Positions 29,626 to 39,440 of a DNA stretch of 64,000 bases are shown here, in pieces. The stretch's first letter is position 1. Every line of letters begins with the position of its first letter. This stretch comes from Chitinivibrionales bacterium. Its GTDB lineage: Bacteria; Fibrobacterota; Chitinivibrionia; Chitinivibrionales; WJKA01. The notes under the pieces are model-generated. The model made no database searches, was not told where the DNA came from, and saw only the letters and a list, made by a program, of their open reading frames with translations. The position numbers and the translations under genes were made by a program. The stretch lies in assembly GCA_014728295.1 (NCBI GenBank), contig WJLW01000081.1, positions 17,295 through 81,294 on the forward strand. The letters are read 5' to 3'.

Positions 29626-32600
29626 ATGAAATGCAATGCAGGCCTGATGCATCTCCTCGTGCACGTATTCATTTTGCTGATGGTTTCGTTACCTGTTCTG
29701 GGTGATGAGAAATTTGACGAAATATACAATGCGGGAAAGTACGACAAAGCACTCCAATATGCGGATGAAAAGATCAAACCAGCCGATCGCGACCTTGAGA
29801 TATGGATAAAAATGGCCAAAGCGATTGAAGAGTCGCGCGGTTCAAAAGAGAAAATGCTCGTCTATTACAAAGAAGCACAAAAAAAGAACCCCAGTGATCC
29901 TCGCGTGGCCCTTGGCTTTGGGAAATATTACGCTGTATCCAAAAAATATAAGGAAGCGCTGGAGTACTTCCAGAAAAGCTACATACTCGACAACACCGCA
30001 CAAGCCGCAGAAGGTATGGCAATTTGCGCATACCATATCAAAGATTTCGAGAAGGCTCGTGATGCGGCAGAATCAGCCGTGCGCCTTGATCCGGACCTGT
30101 TTAATTCCAGAGCTATTCTTGCCAAGCTTTTTTTGGATGATAAACAATACGCATCCGCTGCAACTCACCTTGAATTCATTGTGAATCAAAAGCCCAGGGA
30201 ACTCAAATACTGGAAGCAGCTTGCCCTGTGCTATTCCCAAACCGGCAACACAGACAAACTTGCCCAAGCAGACAAAAAAATTATAGAGCTTGATGAGAAA
30301 AATATCCCCAGCCGAACCCGCTACGCAGCCTACACACTAACCAACCAAGACACCTCTGCTGCATTCAGCCTCTATAAAGAGTTGGCGATTTTATCGGAAA
30401 AAAATCCTGTTGTATTCAAGAATCTGTACGAAATAGCATTCGCAAAAGGCCAGAAAAAAGACGCCCTGCTTTATGGAAAAAATTATCTGATTCTAGATTC
30501 GACCAATGCAACGGCGAATCGGGATTACGGTAATCTCCTCTTTGAGGCAAAGCGATACGATGAGGCACTTACCTCATACCGTAAAGCGTTGCGCATTGAT
30601 CCGGACATCAAAGGTTTTTATAAAAATTACGCCCGAATACTCATCGAAAAAAAGCTTGAGAAAGAAGCGATTAGCATTATTAAAAAAGCGATTGACGCTG
30701 GTGAAGCCGACAAAGCACTCTATGTCGCATTGGGAAACATCTACCGCAATCAAAAAAACTGTGCGGCGGCCATTACGATGTATCAGAAAGCGCTTGAGCT
30801 TGACAGCAAGGATGTCGGGGTGCTTGGTTCATTAGGTGCATGCCAGGCTAAAACCGGCGATACGGATAATGCCATAATAACCTACGAGCAAGTGGTGCTC
30901 ATGGACGACAAGGCCGGGAAGGAGTATAAAATTCTGGGCGACCTGCATTTGAAAAAAGGCGAGCAGGCCGATGCCATGAAATCCTATTCCACCTATCTCA
31001 CCAAAACTCCCGACGATCAGAATGTTCTCAAAAAAGTGGGCCTGTATACTTTTGGTAAAAAAGATTACCGGACGACTATCAAGCATCTCAAAAAAGTCAA
31101 CAGAGAATCTCTTCAGGATGCAGACCTCCTGCTGGCCCTGGGGCAGTCATATTTTCATACCGGGGATTTTCAAAAATCCGCCGACGCCCTTGCCAAAGCC
31201 CGCACCAAAAGCCCCGCATCACGCGACTTGCCCGGGCTTTTAAAGACGCTTGCAGACAGTTATGTCAAGATTGGCCAGGAGCTCAAAGCGGCGCGGATCT
31301 ACGAAGCTTATACAAAACTCTCTTCGGTCAAGGATGCGGATGCATCATACATGAGCGCGTTTTTGAGGGAAAAAAGCGATAAAAAAGCAGCGCTCACCAT
31401 GTACCGGCAAAACACCAAGCTGTTTCCCAATGATCATCGAAACTACCTGCGTCTGGGCATGATTTATGCCCAAGACAAGGCGATGCTGTCAACGTCGGCT
31501 ACGATGCTGGCTCAAGCCGGAAAACTCAAAAAAGATGATCCGGTTATCTGGCACAAGCTTGCGAAAGTCAACCAGCGCCTGAGCCGCACCGACAGTGAGC
31601 TGTCCGCTTGGGAAAAGCTGGTTGCAATCGAGCCACAGCACCTCGAAGCAAATCGACGCATCGGTGCTCTCATGCTGGACAATGGCAAGACATCCGAAGC
31701 ATTGGCTGCGCTAGAGATCGTGTCGACACAGGCTCCCAAAGATGTTGAGATCATGCTGCTGCTGGCAGAAGGATATATTCAAACAAACCGCCCGGCCAAA
31801 GCGGCAGAGCTGATGGCAAAAGCCAAGACGTACAAAAAGGATGATGTCAAATTGCGAATTATGCTCATCGATGCTTATGAAGCCGCCGGGCAAAAAGACA
31901 AGGTTCAGGCCGAACGAAAAGAACTGGCGGAAATAGACAAAAAAACCGTAGCAAAGGACACGAAAAACAAGGCCGCCCTCGAACGGCTGGCCCACTATCG
32001 ATACGATACAGAATCCTTTGATGAAGCATATGATCATTATAAAGACCTTGCTGTCATGAAGCCCAAAGACACTTTGATAGTCAAGCGCCTGTATGAGATT
32101 TCGGTCCAGAAGAAAAACAAAACCGATGCATCTACCTGGCTGCGCAAATATCTTGCACTCAATCCCAACAACGCCAAGGCATATCGCAATCTCGGCGCCC
32201 TCCTTTACAGCCGCGAAGATAAAGACGGTGCGCTTGCAGCCTACCGCAAAGCACAAAAACTTGATGTCCGTCTCAAAGGGCTCTATCCCAAATATGCAGA
32301 GCTGGCTGTTGCGAAAGGACTGGATGATGAAGCAATCGCCGCATTAAAAGGCGCAATCACAACAGGCGAGGCCGAAGAGCAAACCTACATCACTCTGGGT
32401 AAGCTGTACCATAAGAAGAAGCAGTATAAAACAGCTTCGAACTATCTCAACAAGGCACTCGAAAAAAATCCGAAGAATGCGGATGTACTGACACTGTTGG
32501 CTGAATCTCAGTCAAAAAGCGGTGCGCTCAGTGACGCCGCCCTTACCTACCAGCAGGTAGTTATGATGAAGCCTGACGCTGCGGACGAATACAAGGCACT

Positions 32601-34053
32601 CGGTGACCTGCAGCTCAAGCAGAAGAAAGTCGACGACGCCATGAAGTCCTACCGAAGCTACCTGGAGAAAAAGCCGGCCGATCAGAAAATCGCCCGAAAA
32701 GTCGGCCTCTATGAATACGAGAAGAAAAGTTACCACAAAGCCATCGAATATCTCAAAAAAGTAAGCGACGTCTCGCAGCAGAATGTCGAATATCTGCTTG
32801 CACTGGGCAACTCGTATTATTCACTGCAAAAATACGCGGATGCTGCCCGGGCATATACGCAATTGCAGGCCAAAAAGGCAAAATCGGACATAGCTAAACA
32901 ATTTCTGAAAAAGCTGGGTAAATCCTACGAAAAGACCGGGGATGAACTTAAAGCCGCCAACGCATATGCAGCATATCTTCGCCTGGGATTAAAAGATGCG
33001 GATGCTGCCTACCTCAACGGCTATTTGCGAGAAAAAACCGATAAAGATCGAGCGGTTGAAATTTACACTCAGAATATAAAATCATATCCGCAAGACTCCC
33101 GCAACTTCCTCAGGCTGGGTCTGATTTATGCCGATAACAAAGCCATGCTTTCCAAATCGGCGAGCATGCTGAAAAAAGCATCCGCACTTGCCGATGACAA
33201 ACCGGATATCTGGCAAAAACTCGGTCAGGTTTACGGCAAACTGAACAAAGAAGACGAAGAACTCGACGCATATCAGAAACTCCTGACGTTTGCACCTCAG
33301 AATTTGCAGGCCAACAGACGCGTCGGTACCATCATGATGAAAAAGGGGCAAACCAAAGATGCCCTGGCCGCTCTGGAAATAGTGGCAACTATGGCGCCCA
33401 AAGATGTTGACATTATGCTCCTGCTGGCCGACGGGTATATGCGAACTAATCGATTGGAAAATGCTGTAAAATTGCTGGAAAAGGCTCAAAAAATTAAAAA
33501 GGATGATCCCGCACTCCTCGTCCAGCTTTATAAGCTCAATAAGAAGACCGGTAAAAAGCAAAAAGCCGAGGCATCCCTGAAGAAAGCAATCGAATTAACA
33601 AACAAGAATGAATACCGGACAATGTATGCACAGGACCTGATCGAGACCAAACGCTATGAGGATGCCATGCAGATAGCACAGGAGATTAAAAAGAACGATC
33701 CGGTAAATGTGGACGCGCTTATGCTCATTGCGGATATTCAGGGATTGCAAAAAAAGTATAACGAAGCGATCGAATCGTACAAAATGGTGTTGTACATCAA
33801 GGACGACTATGCGCCCGCGCTCTATGGAAGAGCGCAAATGTATCTCATGCAGTCCAAGTACGAGCGGGCAACTGACTATTTTCAAAAGGCGCTCAAATCC
33901 GATGCAAAACACGCAAAAGCGACGCTTGGACTTGCTCTGGTAGCTAAAGCACAAAACAAAAATGCCGACTACGCCAAGCTCGTAAAAAAGGCCTCAGCCC
34001 TGGATCCGAATGATGAAGAGATACTGAAGGAATTGAAAAAAGCTTCAAACTAA
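29626..34053 (+). CDS. Giant TPR-repeat protein (1475 aa) with N-terminal signal/anchor; paralog of 35468-39187
   Basis: ATG at 29626 is preceded by AGAAAGGAG. Hydrophobic N-terminus LMHLLVHVFILLMVSLPVLG, then continuous 34-aa TPR-like repeats. An internal ~555-aa tandem duplication is present. Confidence 0.85.
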   Translation: MKCNAGLMHLLVHVFILLMVSLPVLGDEKFDEIYNAGKYDKALQYADEKIKPADRDLEIWIKMAKAIEESRGSKEKMLVYYKEAQKKNPSDPRVALGFGKYYAVSKKYKEALEYFQKSYILDNTAQAAEGMAICAYHIKDFEKARDAAESAVRLDPDLFNSRAILAKLFLDDKQYASAATHLEFIVNQKPRELKYWKQLALCYSQTGNTDKLAQADKKIIELDEKNIPSRTRYAAYTLTNQDTSAAFSLYKELAILSEKNPVVFKNLYEIAFAKGQKKDALLYGKNYLILDSTNATANRDYGNLLFEAKRYDEALTSYRKALRIDPDIKGFYKNYARILIEKKLEKEAISIIKKAIDAGEADKALYVALGNIYRNQKNCAAAITMYQKALELDSKDVGVLGSLGACQAKTGDTDNAIITYEQVVLMDDKAGKEYKILGDLHLKKGEQADAMKSYSTYLTKTPDDQNVLKKVGLYTFGKKDYRTTIKHLKKVNRESLQDADLLLALGQSYFHTGDFQKSADALAKARTKSPASRDLPGLLKTLADSYVKIGQELKAARIYEAYTKLSSVKDADASYMSAFLREKSDKKAALTMYRQNTKLFPNDHRNYLRLGMIYAQDKAMLSTSATMLAQAGKLKKDDPVIWHKLAKVNQRLSRTDSELSAWEKLVAIEPQHLEANRRIGALMLDNGKTSEALAALEIVSTQAPKDVEIMLLLAEGYIQTNRPAKAAELMAKAKTYKKDDVKLRIMLIDAYEAAGQKDKVQAERKELAEIDKKTVAKDTKNKAALERLAHYRYDTESFDEAYDHYKDLAVMKPKDTLIVKRLYEISVQKKNKTDASTWLRKYLALNPNNAKAYRNLGALLYSREDKDGALAAYRKAQKLDVRLKGLYPKYAELAVAKGLDDEAIAALKGAITTGEAEEQTYITLGKLYHKKKQYKTASNYLNKALEKNPKNADVLTLLAESQSKSGALSDAALTYQQVVMMKPDAADEYKALGDLQLKQKKVDDAMKSYRSYLEKKPADQKIARKVGLYEYEKKSYHKAIEYLKKVSDVSQQNVEYLLALGNSYYSLQKYADAARAYTQLQAKKAKSDIAKQFLKKLGKSYEKTGDELKAANAYAAYLRLGLKDADAAYLNGYLREKTDKDRAVEIYTQNIKSYPQDSRNFLRLGLIYADNKAMLSKSASMLKKASALADDKPDIWQKLGQVYGKLNKEDEELDAYQKLLTFAPQNLQANRRVGTIMMKKGQTKDALAALEIVATMAPKDVDIMLLLADGYMRTNRLENAVKLLEKAQKIKKDDPALLVQLYKLNKKTGKKQKAEASLKKAIELTNKNEYRTMYAQDLIETKRYEDAMQIAQEIKKNDPVNVDALMLIADIQGLQKKYNEAIESYKMVLYIKDDYAPALYGRAQMYLMQSKYERATDYFQKALKSDAKHAKATLGLALVAKAQNKNADYAKLVKKASALDPNDEEILKELKKASN

Positions 34054-34081
34054 TACGATATTTGCAGCGCAATTCGTACAC

Positions 34082-34117
34082 AAAAAAAAGCCCGGATTTG
34101 TCAAGTCCCGGGCTTTA
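34082..34117. terminator. Bidirectional rho-independent terminator between convergent genes
   Basis: A8-GCCCGG-loop-CCGGGC-TTT hairpin, flanked by an A-run and a T-run. It lies between the TPR stop (34053) and the anti-sigma stop (34145). Confidence 0.7.
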
Positions 34118-34144
34118 TCAACCTGGTAAAAAGGTATTGCTTGC

Positions 34145-34705
34145 TTATTCTTGCTCTTCGCTGACTAATATGCTTTTCTCGCCCTTACCGTTGTATGGTC
34201 GAACTCGCTGTATTGCTGTACTGTCTTCCGCTTTTGACGAATCGTGAGGAAGGTCCCCTGCAAGCTGCATTTTATCATTAGCTTCTACTACCGGAGAGGT
34301 TGGTTGCTGCGGGATTGCATTGCGCTCCTTTGCAAGCCTGACAGCTTCCTGCCGGGTATCTTCAATCAGATAGACAAAGTAGCCGGCACCGGCAAATCCA
34401 ATAACCACCAGAAGTGCCGAAACGGCAACCCGCCTGAATAAGCCTGAAAACAAACCAAGCGAGGTTGTTTTTGCAGAGCTGGAGCAAACGCGTAAGATTT
34501 CGGCATCAGTTTGAGCTGAGGGCGAGGCTCCCAACACTTCGACGGTAAAGAGCGATTGTGATGATACCCGATAGTCGGCAAGGTGCTTCCTGCAATACGC
34601 GCATTTATCCAGATGGCGCTCGTAGGCCGCTTTCTGTTTATGAGTAAGTTCATCAGATGTATACAAAAGTCCGTCGGTTCCCCATTTAGTACACTCCATG
34701 GACAC
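34145..34705 (-). CDS. Anti-sigma factor (zf-HC2 type, single TM)
   Basis: H-x3-C-x2-C motif (HLDKCAYC), central TM (VAVSALLVVIGFAGAGYFVYLI). Overlaps the upstream ECF sigma gene by 20 nt. Confidence 0.7.
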   Translation of the reverse strand: MSMECTKWGTDGLLYTSDELTHKQKAAYERHLDKCAYCRKHLADYRVSSQSLFTVEVLGASPSAQTDAEILRVCSSSAKTTSLGLFSGLFRRVAVSALLVVIGFAGAGYFVYLIEDTRQEAVRLAKERNAIPQQPTSPVVEANDKMQLAGDLPHDSSKAEDSTAIQRVRPYNGKGEKSILVSEEQE

Positions 34706-35249
34706 CTCTCTTTTCTAGCTCTTTGCGAATGTTTTTCAAAGCTAACCTCATTCTTCCCAGAGCGGTATTGATAGGACAGTTCATTATTCTTGCAATATCT
34801 TTAAAAGGCACATCGCCAAGCTCTCGCAACAGAAAGACTTCCCGTTGAATGGGATCTAATACTTGCACCGCTTCATTAATCAGATCCCGCATCCTGCGAT
34901 TAGTAACCTCGCTTTCGGGCGAGTCAAACCTACTTCCAACCGAACCAATCGTATCCTGTTTGTGTTCGATTTCGACTTTTGCATGCCTGAAAAAATCGAT
35001 TGTTCGTTTGTGCGCTATGCCAAAGAGCCAGCTCAGAAAGCTTCGCTTTCGATCGAACTGGTCAAGATTCCTCATAGCAGCAATGAAAGTATCCTGCAAG
35101 AGGTCTTCGGCTTTTTCCATATCGGCCGTTAATCTGAGAAGAAATCCCAAGACCCGATCTTTGTATTTATCATAGAGCTGCGAAAATCCTTTTTGATCGC
35201 CTTTGGCCCAGAGCTCTACCAGGACCTTATCTTCTTCTCGTTCGTTCAT
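34686..35249 (-). CDS. ECF (RpoE-like) sigma-70 family factor
   Basis: Region 2 (DLLQDTFIAAMRNLDQFD, SFLSWLFGIAHKRTIDFFR) and region 4 (REVFLLRELGDVPFKDIARIMNCPINTALGRMRLAL). Confidence 0.88.
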   Translation of the reverse strand: MNEREEDKVLVELWAKGDQKGFSQLYDKYKDRVLGFLLRLTADMEKAEDLLQDTFIAAMRNLDQFDRKRSFLSWLFGIAHKRTIDFFRHAKVEIEHKQDTIGSVGSRFDSPESEVTNRRMRDLINEAVQVLDPIQREVFLLRELGDVPFKDIARIMNCPINTALGRMRLALKNIRKELEKRGVHGVY

Positions 35250-35400
35250 AAATAAATACGTTCAATTCCAGTTTTTATTGTTTAGGCCTTGCTTTTTTTC
35301 ATCCGAAACCAGGTTATCCGCCACGAAAGATTGTAACCAATTGAATACCGGAGCCTTAGTCATCCGCCCGGCCAGGCGGACGACTACAGGTAAATCTAAT

Positions 35401-35439
35401 AAAAAAGGACAGCTTGATTCAATATAATTCAAACTGTCC
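35401..35439 (-). terminator. Rho-independent terminator downstream of TPR gene 35468-39187
   Basis: On the minus strand, GGACAGTTTGA-11 nt loop-TCAAGCTGTCC (10 of 11 bp paired) followed by TTTTTT. Confidence 0.65.
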
Positions 35440-35467
35440 GCTTATTTTGGGCTGCAGTATCAATTGC

Positions 35468-38400
35468 TTAATTAAAGGCTTTATTGTATTCCTTTAGGAT
35501 TTCCTCATTATTCGGATCAAGCTCTTTGGCTTTTTTAAGGTTTTGTTCGTATTCTGCTTCGCGTTTCCAAAGCTTTTGCAGCTTAGCCAGACCCAGATAG
35601 GCAAGCCCGTAATTAGGATCCGTGCGCAATGCGCGCTTATAAAAGGTTTCGGCCCATTTGGGGCTTTTACCGAGTTGCTTGCCGTACTCACGAAAGAGTT
35701 CCGCTTTTTCGTACAGGGCTGGGACGTAGTTGTCCATTGCAATTATTTCATCATACACCCCAAGCGCTTCTTCGTATTTTTTCTGCGCCGTCCTGATCTT
35801 GCCCAGTAGCATAAGCACTTCGAGATCGGGATTCATAGCCATAATATTTTCTACTTCGTTTGCGGCGTCATCGTACTTGCGTTCACTGAAAAGCATCTTT
35901 GCATAAACCATGCGTGTTTCCAGATCATTCGGATCCAGTTTGAGAAGCGCTTCGACCTCCTTTTTGGCCTCCTTGTCTTTGCCGACCTGGGCGTATAAGC
36001 GGTAGAGATTTTTTCTTAATTCCGCAATGTACTTCTTTCCCTGCTCATTTTTCAGCGCCTGCTCTTTTGCTTTTTCGAGTACGGATATGGCCTCGTTGGG
36101 ACGCCGGGTACCTTCATAGCCCTTGGATAGCGCCAGCATGATTGAGATATCCTTGGGAGCAAGGGTGCTGGCTGTCTCAAGGTAGATCAGACCTTCTTTG
36201 AATTGGCGCTTCTTGGTAAGAATTATGCCAATCCGCTTGTTTGCTTCTGGATTTTGAGGCTCTTTTTTAACAAAGTTTTTGTAGGCTTTGAGCTCTTCAT
36301 CTGCTTTGCCGAGTTTTCCATACACTTCGGCCAGATTTTGCCAGATAACCGGAATAGAATCTGCCATGGCGGTAATTTTTTTGAATAGTGTAATGGATTT
36401 TGACAAAGTGCTTTTGTTTTTGGCATACATCAAACCAAGCTGTAGGTAGTTACGGTAATCCTTGGGGAAACGCGCAATATTTTTTTGGTATACTGTCTGT
36501 GCACCCGATGGATTGGACTCTTCCTGCAAAAAAGCAACCTTATACGAAGCTTCTGGATCAACAACGCCCCTGAGGCTCGTATAGGCCGCGTAAGTTTTAG
36601 CCGCGCTGACATTTTGCTTTTCAGCTTCGTAGCCTTTTGCCAGCATGAGAAGTATTTCCTTCAGTGTAGCAAGTTTAGGGTTGCGCTTTCGCAAGGCAAT
36701 CAGCAGAGGAATAGCTTTTTTATATTCCTTTGTCTCAAAGTAGGAAGTTGCCAGATTGAGCTGCACAAGAAAACCACTGGCTTCTTTGCCCTTGATCATC
36801 GAAAGATATTTAATAGCGTCCTTATACTCCTTCTTTGAAAAAGCCAGCATACCAACCTTTTTTGCGACAGCATTGTCGGCGCTTTTCTTGTCAAGGTATT
36901 TCTTGTAGGTTTTAATGGCCTGAGCCGTGTTCTTTTGCCGCTCGTATAATTTTCCCAGAGCCTTGAGTTCATCAACAGCTTTGGGTTTCATCATGATTAC
37001 CTGCTCATAGGTGATGATGGCTTCGTTAAGCTGATTCAGCGCGGCCTGACATTCACCCAGCGAAGTGAGTACATCCAGTTTTTGCGGGTCTAGCTTGAGG
37101 GCATTCTGATAGTTGTCAAGCGCCTGTTGGTACTGTTTCTTCTTCTGGTAAATCGTACCGAGGGTCGTGTAGTCTTCAACGGTGGCACTGCCCGATTTAA
37201 TCTTGCCTTTCAAAGCCCTGATGGCCTCGTCATGCTGGCCCTTGGCAATGACAATCTCTGCGTATCTTTGATAAAATCCGGATATTTTGGGATCAAGCTT
37301 GAGCGCCTGACGATAGGCAGCCAGAGCACCATCCAACTGCTTCTTCTCGTAAAGCAGGTCTCCCTTATCACGAAAGCCAACCGCGTCTTTCGGATTAAGC
37401 TTCAGATATTTATTAACATAGGTCAATGCTGAGGTTTTGTCGCCGGTTTTCATTGAAAGCTGGTAGAGATTCTGAAAAACCTCTTTGTTGCCGGGCGCCA
37501 GAGAGGCCAGTTGTTTATAAATGGCCAACGCCTCTTTCGGCTTGTTATTATCGATGAGGTAGGCGCCATAGCGCATACGAGCTTCTACATTCTTCGTGTC
37601 CAGGGAAATGATTTTTTTATCGGCATTGGCCAGTTTGTCTTTTTTGCCGGTTTTTTCATAGCACAAGGCAAGATCTTCCAAGTACGTCTTGTTTGAACTG
37701 TTCTTTTTTACCAGATTTTCAAGCTGTCCGGCAGCCGACTGATAGTTTTTTTCCTTCAGCAAAGCCTGGTAGAGGACCTCGCGTGCGTCAACAAGATTCC
37801 CGTCTGCATCGATAGCCGAACGAGCAGCATCTTTGGCCGTTTCCCACTGGTTCAACTGAGCCGATGCCAGGGCGATTCCCTCAAGCGCGGCTGCGCTCTT
37901 TTTCAGGCTGTTGGATTTTACGAATTGCTCTTTTGCTTTGGCGTATTGTTTCGATTTGAAATTGTACTGTCCCAGAATAAGATAGACATTGGGATCGTTC
38001 GGGCTGAGGCTGATCATTTTCTCATAGGTTTCTTTGGCCTTTTGTCCCTGCCCCGTCTTTTTGTACAAATCGGCCAGTCGAGCATAGGCTTCTACATTCT
38101 TGGTGTCCATGGAGATGGCTTTCTCCAGGCTGGAAACTGCCGATTTGTATTGCTTGAGCCCAACTTGCGCATCGGCCATCAGGAAATAAATGTCCTTAAC
38201 CGTCCGGGCTTTGGAATCGGCGTTGACAACAAATTTGAAATGACCTAAAGCCTGTTGGTATTCCTTGCCTTTGAGCTGTTGACGCCCAACAAAGGTACGG
38301 GCCAGCAGGGCTTCCTCTTGCTTTGATGCACCGAATTGTTTAATTGCGGTTTTGTAGCCGGCAACGGCTCCCGGTATATCACCAGACTTTTCTTTGGATA

Positions 38401-39187
38401 TGGCACGATAATATTGGTCTTCGGCAGTCGTTTTGTTCTTGGGAATTGCTTTGTCGTAAGCATCCGCCGCCTGCTTGTAATCACCTTTTTCATAATAGGC
38501 CCGCGCTAACGCAAGCTGCGCTTCGGAAAGGATCGGCTTTTTCTTGAGTGCTTCTTTGAGATACTGGATAGCGGCGGACGGGTCACCGGCTTCCGCGTTG
38601 GCCTTTCCCAGCATGAATGCAATCTCGCCGTCGGGTTTTTTATCGTATGATTTCTTGAGAAGTGGAATTGCCTTCTGGTATTCTTTTTGTTCGTAATAGA
38701 TGTTGCCGAGTGCTTTGTTTGCAACAGCATTTGTCGGATCGGATTGTATAACCTTTTCGAGCGCCTTCTTGGCCTCGCCAGGCTTTCCCTGCTTGATGCA
38801 GGCTTTTCCATACTCCCAACTGGCTTCGGCCGTAAAGTTGATATCCAGAGCTTTTTTGGCCATGGTTTCTGCGCTGGAATATTGCTCCAGTTTATTGTAA
38901 ATCCGTGCTGCGCCGAAGAAAGATCCGTAATCTTTGGGAAAGCTGCGGGAAGAGACCAGGTAACATGCAAGAGCCTTCTCTGTGAGATCGAGTTCTTCAT
39001 TGGCTTTGGCGACTTTGACCCATTCGTCGGCAGTACGCTTGGTTGGCGGCAAATTGCTGTCGGCATGCTCAATCGCTTCTTTGTATTTTTTATTCTTGAT
39101 CAGCTTGTCCAATGCCTCGTCGGCATAGATAAGCAGTGAAGCGGTTAAAACCATTGTAACGGAAAGGTGCAAAAGGTGCCTCGGCAT
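35468..39187 (-). CDS. Giant TPR-repeat protein (1239 aa) with N-terminal signal/anchor; paralog of 29626-34053
   Basis: Hydrophobic N-terminus (LLHLSVTMVLTASLLIYA), continuous TPR repeats, colinear with the other TPR giant, and a near-identical C-terminal tail (LDPNNEEILKEYNKAFN). Confidence 0.85.
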   Translation of the reverse strand: MPRHLLHLSVTMVLTASLLIYADEALDKLIKNKKYKEAIEHADSNLPPTKRTADEWVKVAKANEELDLTEKALACYLVSSRSFPKDYGSFFGAARIYNKLEQYSSAETMAKKALDINFTAEASWEYGKACIKQGKPGEAKKALEKVIQSDPTNAVANKALGNIYYEQKEYQKAIPLLKKSYDKKPDGEIAFMLGKANAEAGDPSAAIQYLKEALKKKPILSEAQLALARAYYEKGDYKQAADAYDKAIPKNKTTAEDQYYRAISKEKSGDIPGAVAGYKTAIKQFGASKQEEALLARTFVGRQQLKGKEYQQALGHFKFVVNADSKARTVKDIYFLMADAQVGLKQYKSAVSSLEKAISMDTKNVEAYARLADLYKKTGQGQKAKETYEKMISLSPNDPNVYLILGQYNFKSKQYAKAKEQFVKSNSLKKSAAALEGIALASAQLNQWETAKDAARSAIDADGNLVDAREVLYQALLKEKNYQSAAGQLENLVKKNSSNKTYLEDLALCYEKTGKKDKLANADKKIISLDTKNVEARMRYGAYLIDNNKPKEALAIYKQLASLAPGNKEVFQNLYQLSMKTGDKTSALTYVNKYLKLNPKDAVGFRDKGDLLYEKKQLDGALAAYRQALKLDPKISGFYQRYAEIVIAKGQHDEAIRALKGKIKSGSATVEDYTTLGTIYQKKKQYQQALDNYQNALKLDPQKLDVLTSLGECQAALNQLNEAIITYEQVIMMKPKAVDELKALGKLYERQKNTAQAIKTYKKYLDKKSADNAVAKKVGMLAFSKKEYKDAIKYLSMIKGKEASGFLVQLNLATSYFETKEYKKAIPLLIALRKRNPKLATLKEILLMLAKGYEAEKQNVSAAKTYAAYTSLRGVVDPEASYKVAFLQEESNPSGAQTVYQKNIARFPKDYRNYLQLGLMYAKNKSTLSKSITLFKKITAMADSIPVIWQNLAEVYGKLGKADEELKAYKNFVKKEPQNPEANKRIGIILTKKRQFKEGLIYLETASTLAPKDISIMLALSKGYEGTRRPNEAISVLEKAKEQALKNEQGKKYIAELRKNLYRLYAQVGKDKEAKKEVEALLKLDPNDLETRMVYAKMLFSERKYDDAANEVENIMAMNPDLEVLMLLGKIRTAQKKYEEALGVYDEIIAMDNYVPALYEKAELFREYGKQLGKSPKWAETFYKRALRTDPNYGLAYLGLAKLQKLWKREAEYEQNLKKAKELDPNNEEILKEYNKAFN

Positions 39188-39440
39188 GTCGGTAACCTCC
39201 TTCTGTACAAATAGTAAGCACGGTGATGACCAGGTTCAAAGGTAGGATAAACAAAATTAAACTTAAAAATGAATCTTGGATAGGACACTTTGCAAGCGGT
39301 CAAGCGCTAAGTAATTCATTTGACTATTGAATTCTTTAGTATGTACCGGCATAAACCGACCAAAGCTCCCCGCATGGCACTGTCCTGATTATTTTATATA
39401 GAGCTGATAATTATCACCACCCGGAAAGAAAAGAGGCACT

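Noticed and set aside
29328-29819. 163-aa minus-strand ORF spanning the TPR gene start and its upstream region
   Set aside because: It overlaps the well-supported start (RBS plus signal peptide) of the plus-strand TPR gene. It has no motif and an odd composition. Only the separate short ORF downstream (29200-29331) is kept, as a low-interest note.
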